A DNA stretch of 64,000 nt, from NCBI GenBank assembly GCA_012799825.1, contig JAAZKK010000080.1:1004-65003 (forward strand). Reading direction: 5' to 3'. Positions within the stretch are counted from its first letter, which is position 1. Every line of letters starts with the position of its first letter. Shown here piece by piece: positions 1-9,238 of this stretch. The translations under genes and the position numbers were made by a program. The notes beneath the pieces were generated by a model. That model did no database searches. It was not told where the DNA came from and was given only the letters and a program-made list of their open reading frames with translations. Source of the DNA: Clostridiaceae bacterium (lineage in GTDB: Bacteria > Bacillota > Clostridia > Saccharofermentanales > DTU023).

Positions 1-835
1 CCATAACGTCGGCGATGAGTTCGAATTGCCGCTGACTTTCCCTGAAGAATACCACACGGAGAATCTCGCGGGTCAGGACGTTATCTTTAATATCATAATT
101 CATGAGGTTAACGTCAAAGAGCTCCCTGAGCTTGACGACGAATTCGTGCGCGATGTCAGCGAAAGCGCAGACACGGTGGAAGAATATCGTGAAGAGATCC
201 GTCAAGAAATCCTCAAACAGGAAAACAGTCAGGCTGATAACGTTTTTGAAGAAAATATCCTTGATGCCATTGTCAAAGACGCCGAAATTTCGTATTCAGA
301 TTTGATGGTGGAAGACGATATTGATCAGATGATTGAGGATCAGGAACGCCGGTTTGCCATGTACGGCATGAAATTCTCCGATTTTCTCCAGTATTCCGGA
401 CAGACGATGTATGACTTCAGGAAGCGACAGGAAATCATGTCACGCAAGCGCATCGAACGCGCCTGTGTTATTCAGGCGATCCGCCGAGCTCATGAAGAAC
501 AATTCAAACTAAGCGATGAGGCTTTTGAAGAAGAGATCGCAAAAGCGGCCGAAGAAGCCGGTGTGTCTACCGATGTGTTTAATAGCGATTATCTGAAAAG
601 CGACGCACAGCGTGAAGATTTTCGTATGAATATCGAAGTGCAAAATCTACTTGAGTGGCTTCGCAGTGTAAGCATTGCTACGGACGTTGATCCGGAAATA
701 GAGGATTATGAAGAGGATAAGGAGCAGGGCGAAGACGAACTTGAAAAATCTGAAGATAAAAAAGTACAGGACGTCGTAGCTGATTCGGATGCGGATCTTG
801 CCGAATCTTATGATCTTGAAGAGGACGAGGAGTAA
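1..835 (+). CDS. tig: Trigger factor, C-terminal part (5' end outside the window), with an unusually acidic tail
   Basis: The reading frame is open to the window start. The translation (..FPEEYHTENLAGQDVIFNI..VKELPELDDEF..) matches the trigger factor C-terminal domain. It sits directly upstream of clpP-clpX, the conserved arrangement. Confidence 0.85.
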   Translation, partial: HNVGDEFELPLTFPEEYHTENLAGQDVIFNIIIHEVNVKELPELDDEFVRDVSESADTVEEYREEIRQEILKQENSQADNVFEENILDAIVKDAEISYSDLMVEDDIDQMIEDQERRFAMYGMKFSDFLQYSGQTMYDFRKRQEIMSRKRIERACVIQAIRRAHEEQFKLSDEAFEEEIAKAAEEAGVSTDVFNSDYLKSDAQREDFRMNIEVQNLLEWLRSVSIATDVDPEIEDYEEDKEQGEDELEKSEDKKVQDVVADSDADLAESYDLEEDEE

Positions 836-978
836 GGCGAGGATAAGCTCAAAGAATCTGCCGAGGAACACAGGATTTTATACCTGACCCTAGGGAGGAT
901 TTTGAGAATCTTATGATCGTGAAGAGGTCGAGTAGTAAAGTGAAGACAAACTCAAAAAATCCGATGATAAAGTAAAGG
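701..978. repeat. Three degenerate tandem copies of a ~105-bp unit across the tig 3' end and downstream spacer
   Basis: Units start near 701, 803 and 904 and share ..tatga..aagagg..gag.a..g.gaaga.a.ct.aaaaatc... Copy 1 is coding, copy 2 holds the stop codon and copy 3 is noncoding. Confidence 0.6.
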
Positions 979-993
979 AAGGGATTGTTAACA

Positions 994-1617
994 ATGAACG
1001 ATAGACTAACAGGAGAACATTTAATTCCGGAACACATGAACCTCGTGCCGATGGTCATTGAACAGACGAATCGCGGTGAACGCTCCTACGATATTTTTTC
1101 CAGACTTCTCAAAGAACGCATTGTCATTTTAAGCGATTCTGTAAACCACGTTACGGCAAATCTTGTCGTGGCGCAGATGTTGTTTCTTGAAGCGGAAGAT
1201 CCGGACAAAGATATTCAGTTTTATATCAATAGCCCGGGCGGAGAGGTCGCCTCGGGACTCATGATTTATGACACGATGCAGTACATCAAGCCGGATGTCC
1301 AGACCATTTGCATGGGTATGGCAGCGAGTATGGGCGCATTTCTTGTCTGTGCCGGTACGAAAGGCAAACGCTACGCTTTGCCCAACGCGGACATGATGAT
1401 TCATCAGCCTTCGGGCGGTGCTGAAGGGCAGGCATCGGACATTACGATCGTTGCGGAGCATATTGTTAAGCTCAAGCATCGTTTGAACAGGCTGATGTCT
1501 CTTCACACGGGACAGCCGCTGGAAGTTATTGAACGCGACACCGATCGCGACCGGTGGCTCACCGCAGAAGAAGCCGTTGAATACGGTCTGATTGATAAGA
1601 TCATGGCAAAGCGCTAA
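994..1617 (+). CDS. clpP: ATP-dependent Clp protease proteolytic subunit
   Basis: Contains [36 protein letters not shown] and the [11 protein letters not shown] serine region. ATG 994 follows the RBS aaggaaggg. ATG 1036 is an alternative start. Confidence 0.95.
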   Translation: MNDRLTGEHLIPEHMNLVPMVIEQTNRGERSYDIFSRLLKERIVILSDSVNHVTANLVVAQMLFLEAEDPDKDIQFYINSPGGEVASGLMIYDTMQYIKPDVQTICMGMAASMGAFLVCAGTKGKRYALPNADMMIHQPSGGAEGQASDITIVAEHIVKLKHRLNRLMSLHTGQPLEVIERDTDRDRWLTAEEAVEYGLIDKIMAKR

Positions 1618-1812
1618 ACGATGAACGTTCGCGTCTCATACACCTTCAAAAATGTGGCTCGGAGCCGGTTGAAGACTTAGGACGTAAGATATTCTCTTTG
1701 CAATCATCGGGATATTCGACGTCTGGGATTGAGAGCAAAGAGAAAGGGATATTTCGCATGGCATTCGCGAAAAGGATGCATAAGGAACGCTTTTGAATCG
1801 GAGGTTAAAAGC

Positions 1813-3117
1813 ATGTCCGACAAGAATCGCCGCAATGGCTATACACCCGTTCACTGTTCTTTTTGTGGTAAAACGGAGCAGCAAGTGGAGCGGATGATTT
1901 CGGGGCCTGGTGTTTATATCTGCAATGAGTGTGTCGCGCTCTGCGACGAAATGCTGTCGACCCACATATCCGGATTTGACGAGTGTGCATCCGACGCATT
2001 TTCCGGAAAAATGAATTTGCTCACGCCTCGCGAAATTAAAGCGCGTCTTGATGAGTACGTAATCGGGCAGGATCTTGCCAAAAAAGTGCTTGCCGTCTCC
2101 GTCTACAATCATTACAAACGCGTTTTTTCAGACTATGTGGAAGAAGTGGATGAAGATGTCGAGCTTGCGAAGACGAACATCATGCTCATCGGTCCTACTG
2201 GTTCCGGAAAGACACTCCTCGCGCAAACGCTGGCACGTATTTTGAATGTGCCCTTTGCCATCGCGGACGCGACCGCGTTGACGGAGGCGGGCTACGTCGG
2301 TGAAGATGTAGAAAATATCCTTCTTCGCCTGATTCAAAACGCGGATTTTAATATCAAAGCTGCCGAACGTGGAATCATCTACATTGACGAGATCGATAAA
2401 ATAGCCCGCAAGTCGGACAATCCGTCCATCACGAGAGATGTTTCCGGAGAAGGCGTGCAGCAGGCGTTGCTTAAAATACTTGAAAGCACAGTGGCCAATG
2501 TACCGCCGCAGGGGGGGCGCAAACATCCGCACCAAGAATTTATCCAAATCGATACAACAAATATTCTGTTCATCTTGGGCGGCGCGTTTGATGGCCTTGA
2601 CAAGGTTATTGCCAATCGCATCGGAGAGCAATCGATGGGATTTGGCGCTGATATCGAGGGCACACGGAATCTGAAGAGCGAAGAATTGTTCGAGCATTTG
2701 CTTCCGGAAGATTTGCTCCATTACGGCTTGATTCCCGAATTTGTCGGGCGCGTTCCCGTCGTTGTGGCGCTTACGGAGCTCGATGAAGAAGCGTTGGTGC
2801 GCATCTTGAAAGAACCGCGCAACGCTCTTTTGAAACAGTACCGCAAACTCTTGCGCTACGACGATGTAGAGCTGTTCTTTGACGATGACGCTACCTCTGC
2901 GATCGCGAAAAAAGCGCTTGAGCTGAAAACTGGCGCTCGAGGCCTGCGCACAATCATTGAGGGGCTGATGCTGGACATCATGTATGAGGTGCCCTCAAGT
3001 GAGAATGTAAACGCCATCCGTATCACCGAAGCGAGCGTGCTGGGCAAGGAAAAACCGAAGATTGAGCGCCGTCAAGCGACGGACGCGCTTCCTGAACCGA
3101 AGAGTGCGGAAGCGTAG
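1813..3117 (+). CDS. clpX: ATP-dependent Clp protease ATP-binding subunit ClpX
   Basis: N-terminal zinc finger CSFCGK..CNEC, Walker A GPTGSGKT and Walker [15 protein letters not shown] lies 9 nt upstream of ATG 1813. Confidence 0.95.
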   Translation: MSDKNRRNGYTPVHCSFCGKTEQQVERMISGPGVYICNECVALCDEMLSTHISGFDECASDAFSGKMNLLTPREIKARLDEYVIGQDLAKKVLAVSVYNHYKRVFSDYVEEVDEDVELAKTNIMLIGPTGSGKTLLAQTLARILNVPFAIADATALTEAGYVGEDVENILLRLIQNADFNIKAAERGIIYIDEIDKIARKSDNPSITRDVSGEGVQQALLKILESTVANVPPQGGRKHPHQEFIQIDTTNILFILGGAFDGLDKVIANRIGEQSMGFGADIEGTRNLKSEELFEHLLPEDLLHYGLIPEFVGRVPVVVALTELDEEALVRILKEPRNALLKQYRKLLRYDDVELFFDDDATSAIAKKALELKTGARGLRTIIEGLMLDIMYEVPSSENVNAIRITEASVLGKEKPKIERRQATDALPEPKSAEA

Positions 3118-3249
3118 TTGACGCATTCTGATTTCTTTATGATAGCATATAGACGATTCGACGCTCTGTTTCGACAATTTGACGGCTAATGGTAGGCAAT
3201 AGTCGCCAAAAGTCTTCGTTCACTGTTTTATTAGCGGTAGACTTTTCTC

Positions 3250-4311
3250 ATGGAAAAGAGATCGCGTTATTTTTTGAAACCGTTGAAAAAGTTTTCGGAT
3301 GTTCGGGTTATATCGCTTCTTTGTCGGACACGTACGCCTTATCTTATTCGCTGTTATGGTGTTGCGATGTCGGAAGAAGATCTGCCGAACGCATCATTCG
3401 AAATAGAAGGCAAAGCGCTTAAAACAACAGATGCTCCACATCGATCAGTACCTGCCGTTCGATTGGATCCGCCTCCTCCTGAGCGCATGGTTGTGTTTGA
3501 ATATCTTGAAGGAGTTTCTTTTTCTGAAATATCCCGCAAAAAGTTGCCTACATTTTCTTGGGAAATGTGGTTTGATCAGATCGCACAGTCGCTCGCGTGG
3601 TTATCCCATATTGCCGGTGCGCCGATCATGCATGGAGATATTGCGCCCGGCAATGTGATGCTTCTTTCATATGACCGACCGGTTCTCGTGGACTTCTCGT
3701 CGGCACGTCTTCTCGATGGCGCATGCCCGACACCGCCGACGATGTTTTCAGGTACCGTATCTTATGCCGCGCCCGAATGCCTAACGGCAGCGCCGTGTCC
3801 GGAAAGTGACCTTTTCAGCTTGGCCATGACGTTTCTTTCCGTTATGTCCGGTGTCCCGGGAAAGCGACTGACGGATAAGAGGATTCGGCGGGAACTTAGA
3901 CGGATTGAATCGCCTTTTCAGGAGAAACTTTTCGGTTGTCTTTCGCCGGATCCTAAAGTGCGCCGAAAATCTGTCGCCGCTTCGTGGACATCGCTCGTCT
4001 ACGGCGCGCCCATCGCGACAAGACAAGATGTTCATATCGCTCCCGTCGCGGCACTAAGTTCAGAACAAAGATCGGAGTCGACAGAGCTTACGTACCGCGA
4101 CACATCGATTGCTGCAACGACAACTGCAGTTGAAGACAATGAAAGGTCACAGGTACCACCTATCCCGTCCGAATGCCGAAAGAATGTGCGAGACGAGACA
4201 CTCACCCAAACGGACGCATTGGAACGCTGTCCCTTTGAAGTGTCAACATGTCCCTTTCTTAAAGCGGCGTCCGCACTTTTATCAGACAAAGAGATATCCG
4301 TGCTACAATGA
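3250..4311 (+). CDS. Ser/Thr-kinase-like protein that lacks the glycine loop and beta3 lysine (possible pseudokinase)
   Basis: Kinase C-lobe motifs are present: HGDIAPGNVM (catalytic loop), VDFS (DFG-like) and GTVSYAAPE (APE). An in-frame stop at 3238-3240 prevents any N-terminal extension. There is no GxGxxG or VAIK. Confidence 0.6.
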   Translation: MEKRSRYFLKPLKKFSDVRVISLLCRTRTPYLIRCYGVAMSEEDLPNASFEIEGKALKTTDAPHRSVPAVRLDPPPPERMVVFEYLEGVSFSEISRKKLPTFSWEMWFDQIAQSLAWLSHIAGAPIMHGDIAPGNVMLLSYDRPVLVDFSSARLLDGACPTPPTMFSGTVSYAAPECLTAAPCPESDLFSLAMTFLSVMSGVPGKRLTDKRIRRELRRIESPFQEKLFGCLSPDPKVRRKSVAASWTSLVYGAPIATRQDVHIAPVAALSSEQRSESTELTYRDTSIAATTTAVEDNERSQVPPIPSECRKNVRDETLTQTDALERCPFEVSTCPFLKAASALLSDKEISVLQ

Positions 4312-4375
4312 AACCGTAAACAGTCGCGGCGATAAGGCGCTGTGGATGTTTTTAAATGATTAGGGATGGTGAACC

Positions 4376-5089
4376 ATGTCAGACCAAACAACATATAAGA
4401 GACAAGTGACGCGTCGTGAAGTGACGCCGAAAGGAGATTCCTCTTCCGCTGATCGCGGCCAAAATCAGCGTTCCGATCAGCGCGCAGATCAGAGCGCCGG
4501 CCAGCGATCTTCGTCGAATCGCAGGAGAAACAGGCGCTCTGGGTCATCCAATCGCAGACAAAAGACGAGCAGTCAACAACGTCCGTCTTCTGATCGATCC
4601 GATCGCAAGGACGATAACAAGAAAGAGGAACAAGATCGTCGTACGACATCGCGGCGGAGACGTTCATCGGGTCGCAAGGGAAGCAGTCAACGACGTCAAA
4701 CACGCCAAACAGACGACAAGAGGGATCAAACACAGCGCAAGAAGACGGATGAGGACAAACGAGAGCGTCCAGTGTCCGACACGCCGCAACAGGAGTTCTC
4801 TAGTGAACAGTTGAAGGATGCGCCGCGTGAATATGACCGTCAGACGTCTCGCGATGTTCCAGCGCGCTTGTCCGATACGATCGGCAAAGATGAATCGTCG
4901 CCGTCGAAAGTGCGTACGCGCTCCTTCGGAGAGAAAAGCGCAAGATCTGGACGCACGACGCCTCAACCGCGCATAAAGCGTTTTTCTGAAGAGGAGACTG
5001 CCGACGATATCGCACGCGATAATGAACGCATCGAGAGAAAAATTGAACTGCAAATCGAGGAAATCGGTCGTATCTCCCTCGATTTATGA
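4376..5089 (+). CDS. Highly charged, R/S/D/Q/K-rich low-complexity protein with a short ordered C-terminal segment
   Basis: A 237-aa ORF with a GGTGA RBS 4 nt upstream. Roughly the first 190 aa are RS/RD/RQ-rich. The C-terminus reads ..ADDIARDNERIERKIELQIEEIGRISLDL. I recognise no family. Confidence 0.5.
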   Translation: MSDQTTYKRQVTRREVTPKGDSSSADRGQNQRSDQRADQSAGQRSSSNRRRNRRSGSSNRRQKTSSQQRPSSDRSDRKDDNKKEEQDRRTTSRRRRSSGRKGSSQRRQTRQTDDKRDQTQRKKTDEDKRERPVSDTPQQEFSSEQLKDAPREYDRQTSRDVPARLSDTIGKDESSPSKVRTRSFGEKSARSGRTTPQPRIKRFSEEETADDIARDNERIERKIELQIEEIGRISLDL

Positions 5090-5137
5090 TCGAATTTTAC
5101 CGAGCGCATCATATGAAGATGACGATGTTGACGCATC

Positions 5138-6538
5138 ATGCGTGACTCTAACGGAAAAATAGAACAAGAGGTAACGCCGCTCTGGGACTCTCTGATCGGT
5201 CAGAGTGAGCGCGTTTCTTTCCATATGCCCGGACACCGTCAAGGGCGCTCATGGCCTTTACATGTGAAAAAGCAGCTCGCCGCGCTCGATACGACGGAGC
5301 TTTCCGGTACGGGCGATCTTGCGATGCCCTCAGGCAGGGTGCTCGACGCTTATGAACGCGCCGCGTCCTGTTTTGGCGCCGGAAAGACGTGGTTTATCAC
5401 AGCAGGCACAACATCGTCCGTCATGATCATGCTGGCGTCCTCGCTTCGCGAAGGCGATGCCCTGCTTTTGCCGCGGGCGGTTCACATTGCCGTTGTGCAC
5501 GCCGTCGCGCTGCTCGGTCTTAAACCGATATTTGTTGAGGCGGAGGATGGACACTCATTTGAAGACGGTCAACCGGACGCGTCTTCCTATGTATTTTCAA
5601 TCAGGCGACATAAGGAGGCAAAAGCCTGCTTCGTGACGTATCCGGACTATTATGGCAGGACAATCGACCTCGATAGCGTTTCACGCGCCGCTCAAAAGGC
5701 AGGGATGCTTCTTCTTGTCGACGAGGCGCACGGAGCACACTTTGCCTTCCTTCCGGATCAAAAACCGGCGACAGCGCTTTCTCTTGGAGCAGACATGGTG
5801 TGTCAGAGTGCGCACAAAACGCTTCCTGCACTGACACCGGCATCACTTCTTCATGTTTCTGAAGCGGCCATTCAACATCGACGCATTGATCTTCAACGGG
5901 TGGCCTCGATGGTCCACGTTTTTCAGACGTCGAGTCCCTCTTTTCTTATTGCGGCAACGATCGATCGCGCACGTGCCGAATTGGAATCTTGCGGTAAAGA
6001 AGGCCTTGAACGTTTGCAAAGGCTTAACGTCTCTTTTTCCGAGAAATTGCCTTCCGGATTTTATCGCGTTCTTCCGGAATGTGCCGATCCTTCTCGCCTG
6101 GTGCTCGATTTCGCGGAGACCGGTTTTTCTCGAGAAATACTTGCACACCATCTCGACAAATCGGGCATCGATGTTGAAATGATCGATATCAGCCGTATAG
6201 TGCTGATTCCCGCGCTTGATCAGCCGGAAGAAGACTACATGCGACTTCTGGAATCCCTTCTTTCTCTTTCTGAGATAGAAGATGAGGGGAATCGTCAGTC
6301 GCTCACACAGGCGCGGCGCGATCTTCTTAACACGCGCGATCGCCTATTGTCGGCGCCCGCGGCATTTCAAGTGACGCCTCGTGAGGCGCTCTTTGGGAGA
6401 GATGCGTGTAGTGTGATCGCCCCTTATCCGCCCGGGTTGACGGTTCTATGGCCGGGCGAACACGTCCTGGAGGAACACCGATCATTTTTTCAGGCGCTTC
6501 ATGACATGGGGATCACCGTTCGCGGCATTCATTATTAA
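5138..6538 (+). CDS. PLP-dependent Orn/Lys/Arg decarboxylase family protein (YaaO/SpeA-like)
   Basis: Contains FHMPGHRQGR and the SAHKTLPALT lysine motif. It sits upstream of tmk, as B. subtilis yaaO does. Confidence 0.85.
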   Translation: MRDSNGKIEQEVTPLWDSLIGQSERVSFHMPGHRQGRSWPLHVKKQLAALDTTELSGTGDLAMPSGRVLDAYERAASCFGAGKTWFITAGTTSSVMIMLASSLREGDALLLPRAVHIAVVHAVALLGLKPIFVEAEDGHSFEDGQPDASSYVFSIRRHKEAKACFVTYPDYYGRTIDLDSVSRAAQKAGMLLLVDEAHGAHFAFLPDQKPATALSLGADMVCQSAHKTLPALTPASLLHVSEAAIQHRRIDLQRVASMVHVFQTSSPSFLIAATIDRARAELESCGKEGLERLQRLNVSFSEKLPSGFYRVLPECADPSRLVLDFAETGFSREILAHHLDKSGIDVEMIDISRIVLIPALDQPEEDYMRLLESLLSLSEIEDEGNRQSLTQARRDLLNTRDRLLSAPAAFQVTPREALFGRDACSVIAPYPPGLTVLWPGEHVLEEHRSFFQALHDMGITVRGIHY

Positions 6539-6586
6539 TCTGTTTTCGCTACTTCGCTTGAGGGAGAGCGAAAAAGAGAGAATTTT

Positions 6587-6733
6587 AACTAATTGGCCAG
6601 TATGGTCAAAAAATAAGAATTATAACTAATTGGTCAGTATGGCCAAAAACAAAGAAAAAATAGGTTTTTTGACCAGTGTGACCACACAAAAACAGAGAAA
6701 AAATCAACTAGGTGGTCGACTAGGGCCAAAAAC
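6587..6733. repeat. Four tandem ~40-bp units, each with a pair of TGGYCA-like hexamers 10 bp apart followed by an A-run
   Basis: The units are aactaattGGCCAgtaTGGTCAaaaaa (6587), aactaattGGTCAgtaTGGCCAaaaac (6625), ttGACCAgtgTGACCAcacaaaaac (6667) and aactaggtGGTCGactaGGGCCAaaaac (6706). Confidence 0.7.
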
Positions 6734-7007
6734 ACATTTTGGATTTGCGTCGCAGCGTCTTGTTACAGACTCGACGTATTAATCGTTACGTATTAATCGC
6801 TCCAGGCGGCATGAGCTCATCTTCATGAGATCATCGAGACAATCGTTTATTGGGTATGCCGTTTTTTGCTAAACGGGTTCTGATTGGTATAATAAATAAA
6901 CAAAAAATGAACTCAACGGTAGCTTTATTTCATGTGTTTTCTAAAAAAATAAATGCATAAGAGAAAGAAATCGTTGTTTGTCGAAGGAAAGATGGGCGGA
7001 GGACTGC

Positions 7008-7640
7008 GTGCAGAAAGGAAAATTGATTACATTTGAAGGGATCGACGGATCCGGGAAATCGACGCAGATCACACTGCTTTCCGACTATCTTCGTTCTAAA
7101 GGATTCCGAGTGGTGCTTCTCCGTGAGCCGGGCGGTACGGAGATTGGGGAGCGCATACGTCAAATTCTTCTCGATATGCGCCACGACAACATGACTGCAG
7201 AGACGGAACTTTTCCTTTTTGAAGCTGCTCGCGCACAACTGACGCGTGAGGTGCTCATTCCCGCGCTTGAGAGCGGCGCATGGGTGATTTCAGATCGTTT
7301 CAGCGATTCAACCGTTGCGTACCAAGGTTATGGACGCGGTCTTTCTTTAGAGATGATTCGCTCCATGAATACGTGGGCGACTGCCGGAATACGACCGGAC
7401 CTGACTATTTTGCTTGAGCTCGGTAACCGCGCACGCGACAGACGTCTTCAAAAACGCCACGTTGAGGGCGAACGCGATCGCTTGGATATAGAATCTGAAC
7501 GTTTTAAACAGCGTGTTTGTGAAGGCTTTAGAATGATCGCCTCAGAGGAACCGACGCGAGTTGTGGTGGTAGAGTCTCAAGGGGAAAAAGAAGATACTGC
7601 GGCGTTAATCCGCGAGGAGGTGAAGAGATTATGGCAATGA
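7008..7640 (+). CDS. tmk: Thymidylate kinase
   Basis: The ITFEGIDGSGKSTQ P-loop and DRF/YQG motifs are present. GTG 7008 is preceded by GGAGG at 6999-7003. The ORF-track start (TTG 6978) is possible but lacks an RBS. Confidence 0.9.
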   Translation: MQKGKLITFEGIDGSGKSTQITLLSDYLRSKGFRVVLLREPGGTEIGERIRQILLDMRHDNMTAETELFLFEAARAQLTREVLIPALESGAWVISDRFSDSTVAYQGYGRGLSLEMIRSMNTWATAGIRPDLTILLELGNRARDRRLQKRHVEGERDRLDIESERFKQRVCEGFRMIASEEPTRVVVVESQGEKEDTAALIREEVKRLWQ

Positions 7641-7966
7641 AATTGATTTTTGCGATCGTCAGCGATGAGGATGCGCCCCGCTTGATGGCGGAGGTTAATC
7701 GCGCCGGATTTCGTGTGACCAAACTGAATTCGACGGGCGGTTTTCTAAGATCGGGCAATACGACGCTGATGACGGTCGTCGATGAAAAATCAACACAAGA
7801 TGTGCTCGACATTATTCACGCAAACTCCAAAAGCCGCAAAACGGCCATCAACGCAAATATGCCTCCGACGACGATTGGCACATCCTATGTGCCTTATCCG
7901 GTCGAGGTGACTATTGGTGGAGCGACGGTTTTTGTTGTACCGGTCGAACATTTTGAGAAATTCTGA
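7631..7966 (+). CDS. darA: PII-like cyclic-di-AMP receptor DarA/YaaQ
   Basis: MKLIFAIVSDEDA..VTKLNSTGGFLRSGNTTLM is typical of the YaaQ family. The gene lies between tmk and holB, as in Bacillus. Confidence 0.8.
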   Translation: MAMKLIFAIVSDEDAPRLMAEVNRAGFRVTKLNSTGGFLRSGNTTLMTVVDEKSTQDVLDIIHANSKSRKTAINANMPPTTIGTSYVPYPVEVTIGGATVFVVPVEHFEKF

Positions 7967-7967
7967 G

Positions 7968-9089
7968 ATGCCGAACACGCCGCGTCGTTCGACGCATGCT
8001 TCAGCGTCACATGGAGAAGACGGGGCGCTAAGCTTTCGTTCTATCCACGCGTCGCCGGAATTGTTGCGCCAGCTAAGACAAAGGTTCAGCGGCGCACCGG
8101 TTCCAATTCTTCTTGTGGGTGAAGAAGGCGCCGGAAAGCACTATATCGCCCGCCGACTGGCGGCGGCATGGTTGTGCGAGCGTCCTGATCCGGAAAAAGG
8201 GGCGTGCGGCACGTGTACATCCTGCCATCTCATGAATGACGGCGCCCACTTCGATCATGTTGTGGTGGAGCCGCCGGAAGGGAAAGGGAGGATTCCGGTT
8301 GCGCTCGTGCGAGAGCGTGTATCGGAAACACTGGATATTTTTCCGCAGATCAGTCGTCGCCGCGTCTATACGGTGAACGCGGAAAAAGCCGACACCTTAA
8401 GCGAGCAAGGGCAGAATGCGCTTCTGAAACCGCTTGAAGAACATCCCGAATTTGTCCGTTTCATTCTCCTCGTCGAGGATGCGGAGCGTCTTTTGCCTAC
8501 CATCGTATCGCGCTGTGCCATCATAAGGATTGGGCGACGAAGTGAACAAGACATCGCGTCGATTCTTCGCGCACATGGCGTCCGAGATGAAGCCGCCATA
8601 AAGGCGGGCGTTCGATTCGGAGAAGGGCTTCCCGGACAGGCACTTCATATCGCCGAGGACGAATCGTTTCAGGCGTTGCGTGAACGGGTATTTGCGCTCT
8701 TTGTCGCGCTTCCTGACGCTTCCGTCGCATGGTGTCTGACCAAGGGACTGGAGGCTTTGAAGAGTGAGAAATCGAGTATACGGCTTGTGTTAAGTCTTCT
8801 TGCGAGCTTCGTCCGCGATCTTCTCATTCTGCGGGACGAGGTGCGGGGTATTGCCATCATCAATCACGATTATCGCGATCAGTTGGCCGCTATGTTGGCG
8901 TTGCCGGAGAAGCGAAGATCTGATCCGGGAGAAGCGCTCCGTCTCATCAATCAGACGGCACAGGCGCTAAATTTTAATGTAAACTTTGATCACGCGACGG
9001 CACGCCTTTTACTGTGTCTTCGCGCAAGACTCGGAGGGCACGTTGTGTCGCCTGACGCCTTTCTTGCGGATCCTCTCGTTTCGAAGTGA
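7968..9089 (+). CDS. holB: DNA polymerase III subunit delta'
   Basis: Contains the AAA+-like ILLVGEEGAGK, the zinc module CGTCTSCHLM and the SRC motif (IVSRC). ATG 7968 directly follows the darA stop. Confidence 0.8.
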   Translation: MPNTPRRSTHASASHGEDGALSFRSIHASPELLRQLRQRFSGAPVPILLVGEEGAGKHYIARRLAAAWLCERPDPEKGACGTCTSCHLMNDGAHFDHVVVEPPEGKGRIPVALVRERVSETLDIFPQISRRRVYTVNAEKADTLSEQGQNALLKPLEEHPEFVRFILLVEDAERLLPTIVSRCAIIRIGRRSEQDIASILRAHGVRDEAAIKAGVRFGEGLPGQALHIAEDESFQALRERVFALFVALPDASVAWCLTKGLEALKSEKSSIRLVLSLLASFVRDLLILRDEVRGIAIINHDYRDQLAAMLALPEKRRSDPGEALRLINQTAQALNFNVNFDHATARLLLCLRARLGGHVVSPDAFLADPLVSK

Positions 9090-9238
9090 ACCGTTCTGTT
9101 CAGTAAAGATCCTGCGACAGGCGATGGCACATCAGTTTGCAGGGCGATCATTATACTGATAACAATGCAAAGAAAATTGAGAAATAACATAATTTGAAAA
9201 ATAACAAACGATAGAGAAATAGAAATAGAGATAACCAC

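Noticed and set aside
4032-4733. 233-aa minus-strand ORF overlapping the kinase-like and R/S-rich genes
   Set aside because: It runs antisense to two plus-strand ORFs that have RBSs. Its translation is Cys/Ser/Asp-rich with no motifs, as expected for the mirror frame of repetitive CGN/GAN codons.
6587-6733. Possible CRISPR array
   Set aside because: The repeats are degenerate, the 'spacers' are only ~12 nt of A-rich sequence, there are just four units, and no cas genes or leader are present.
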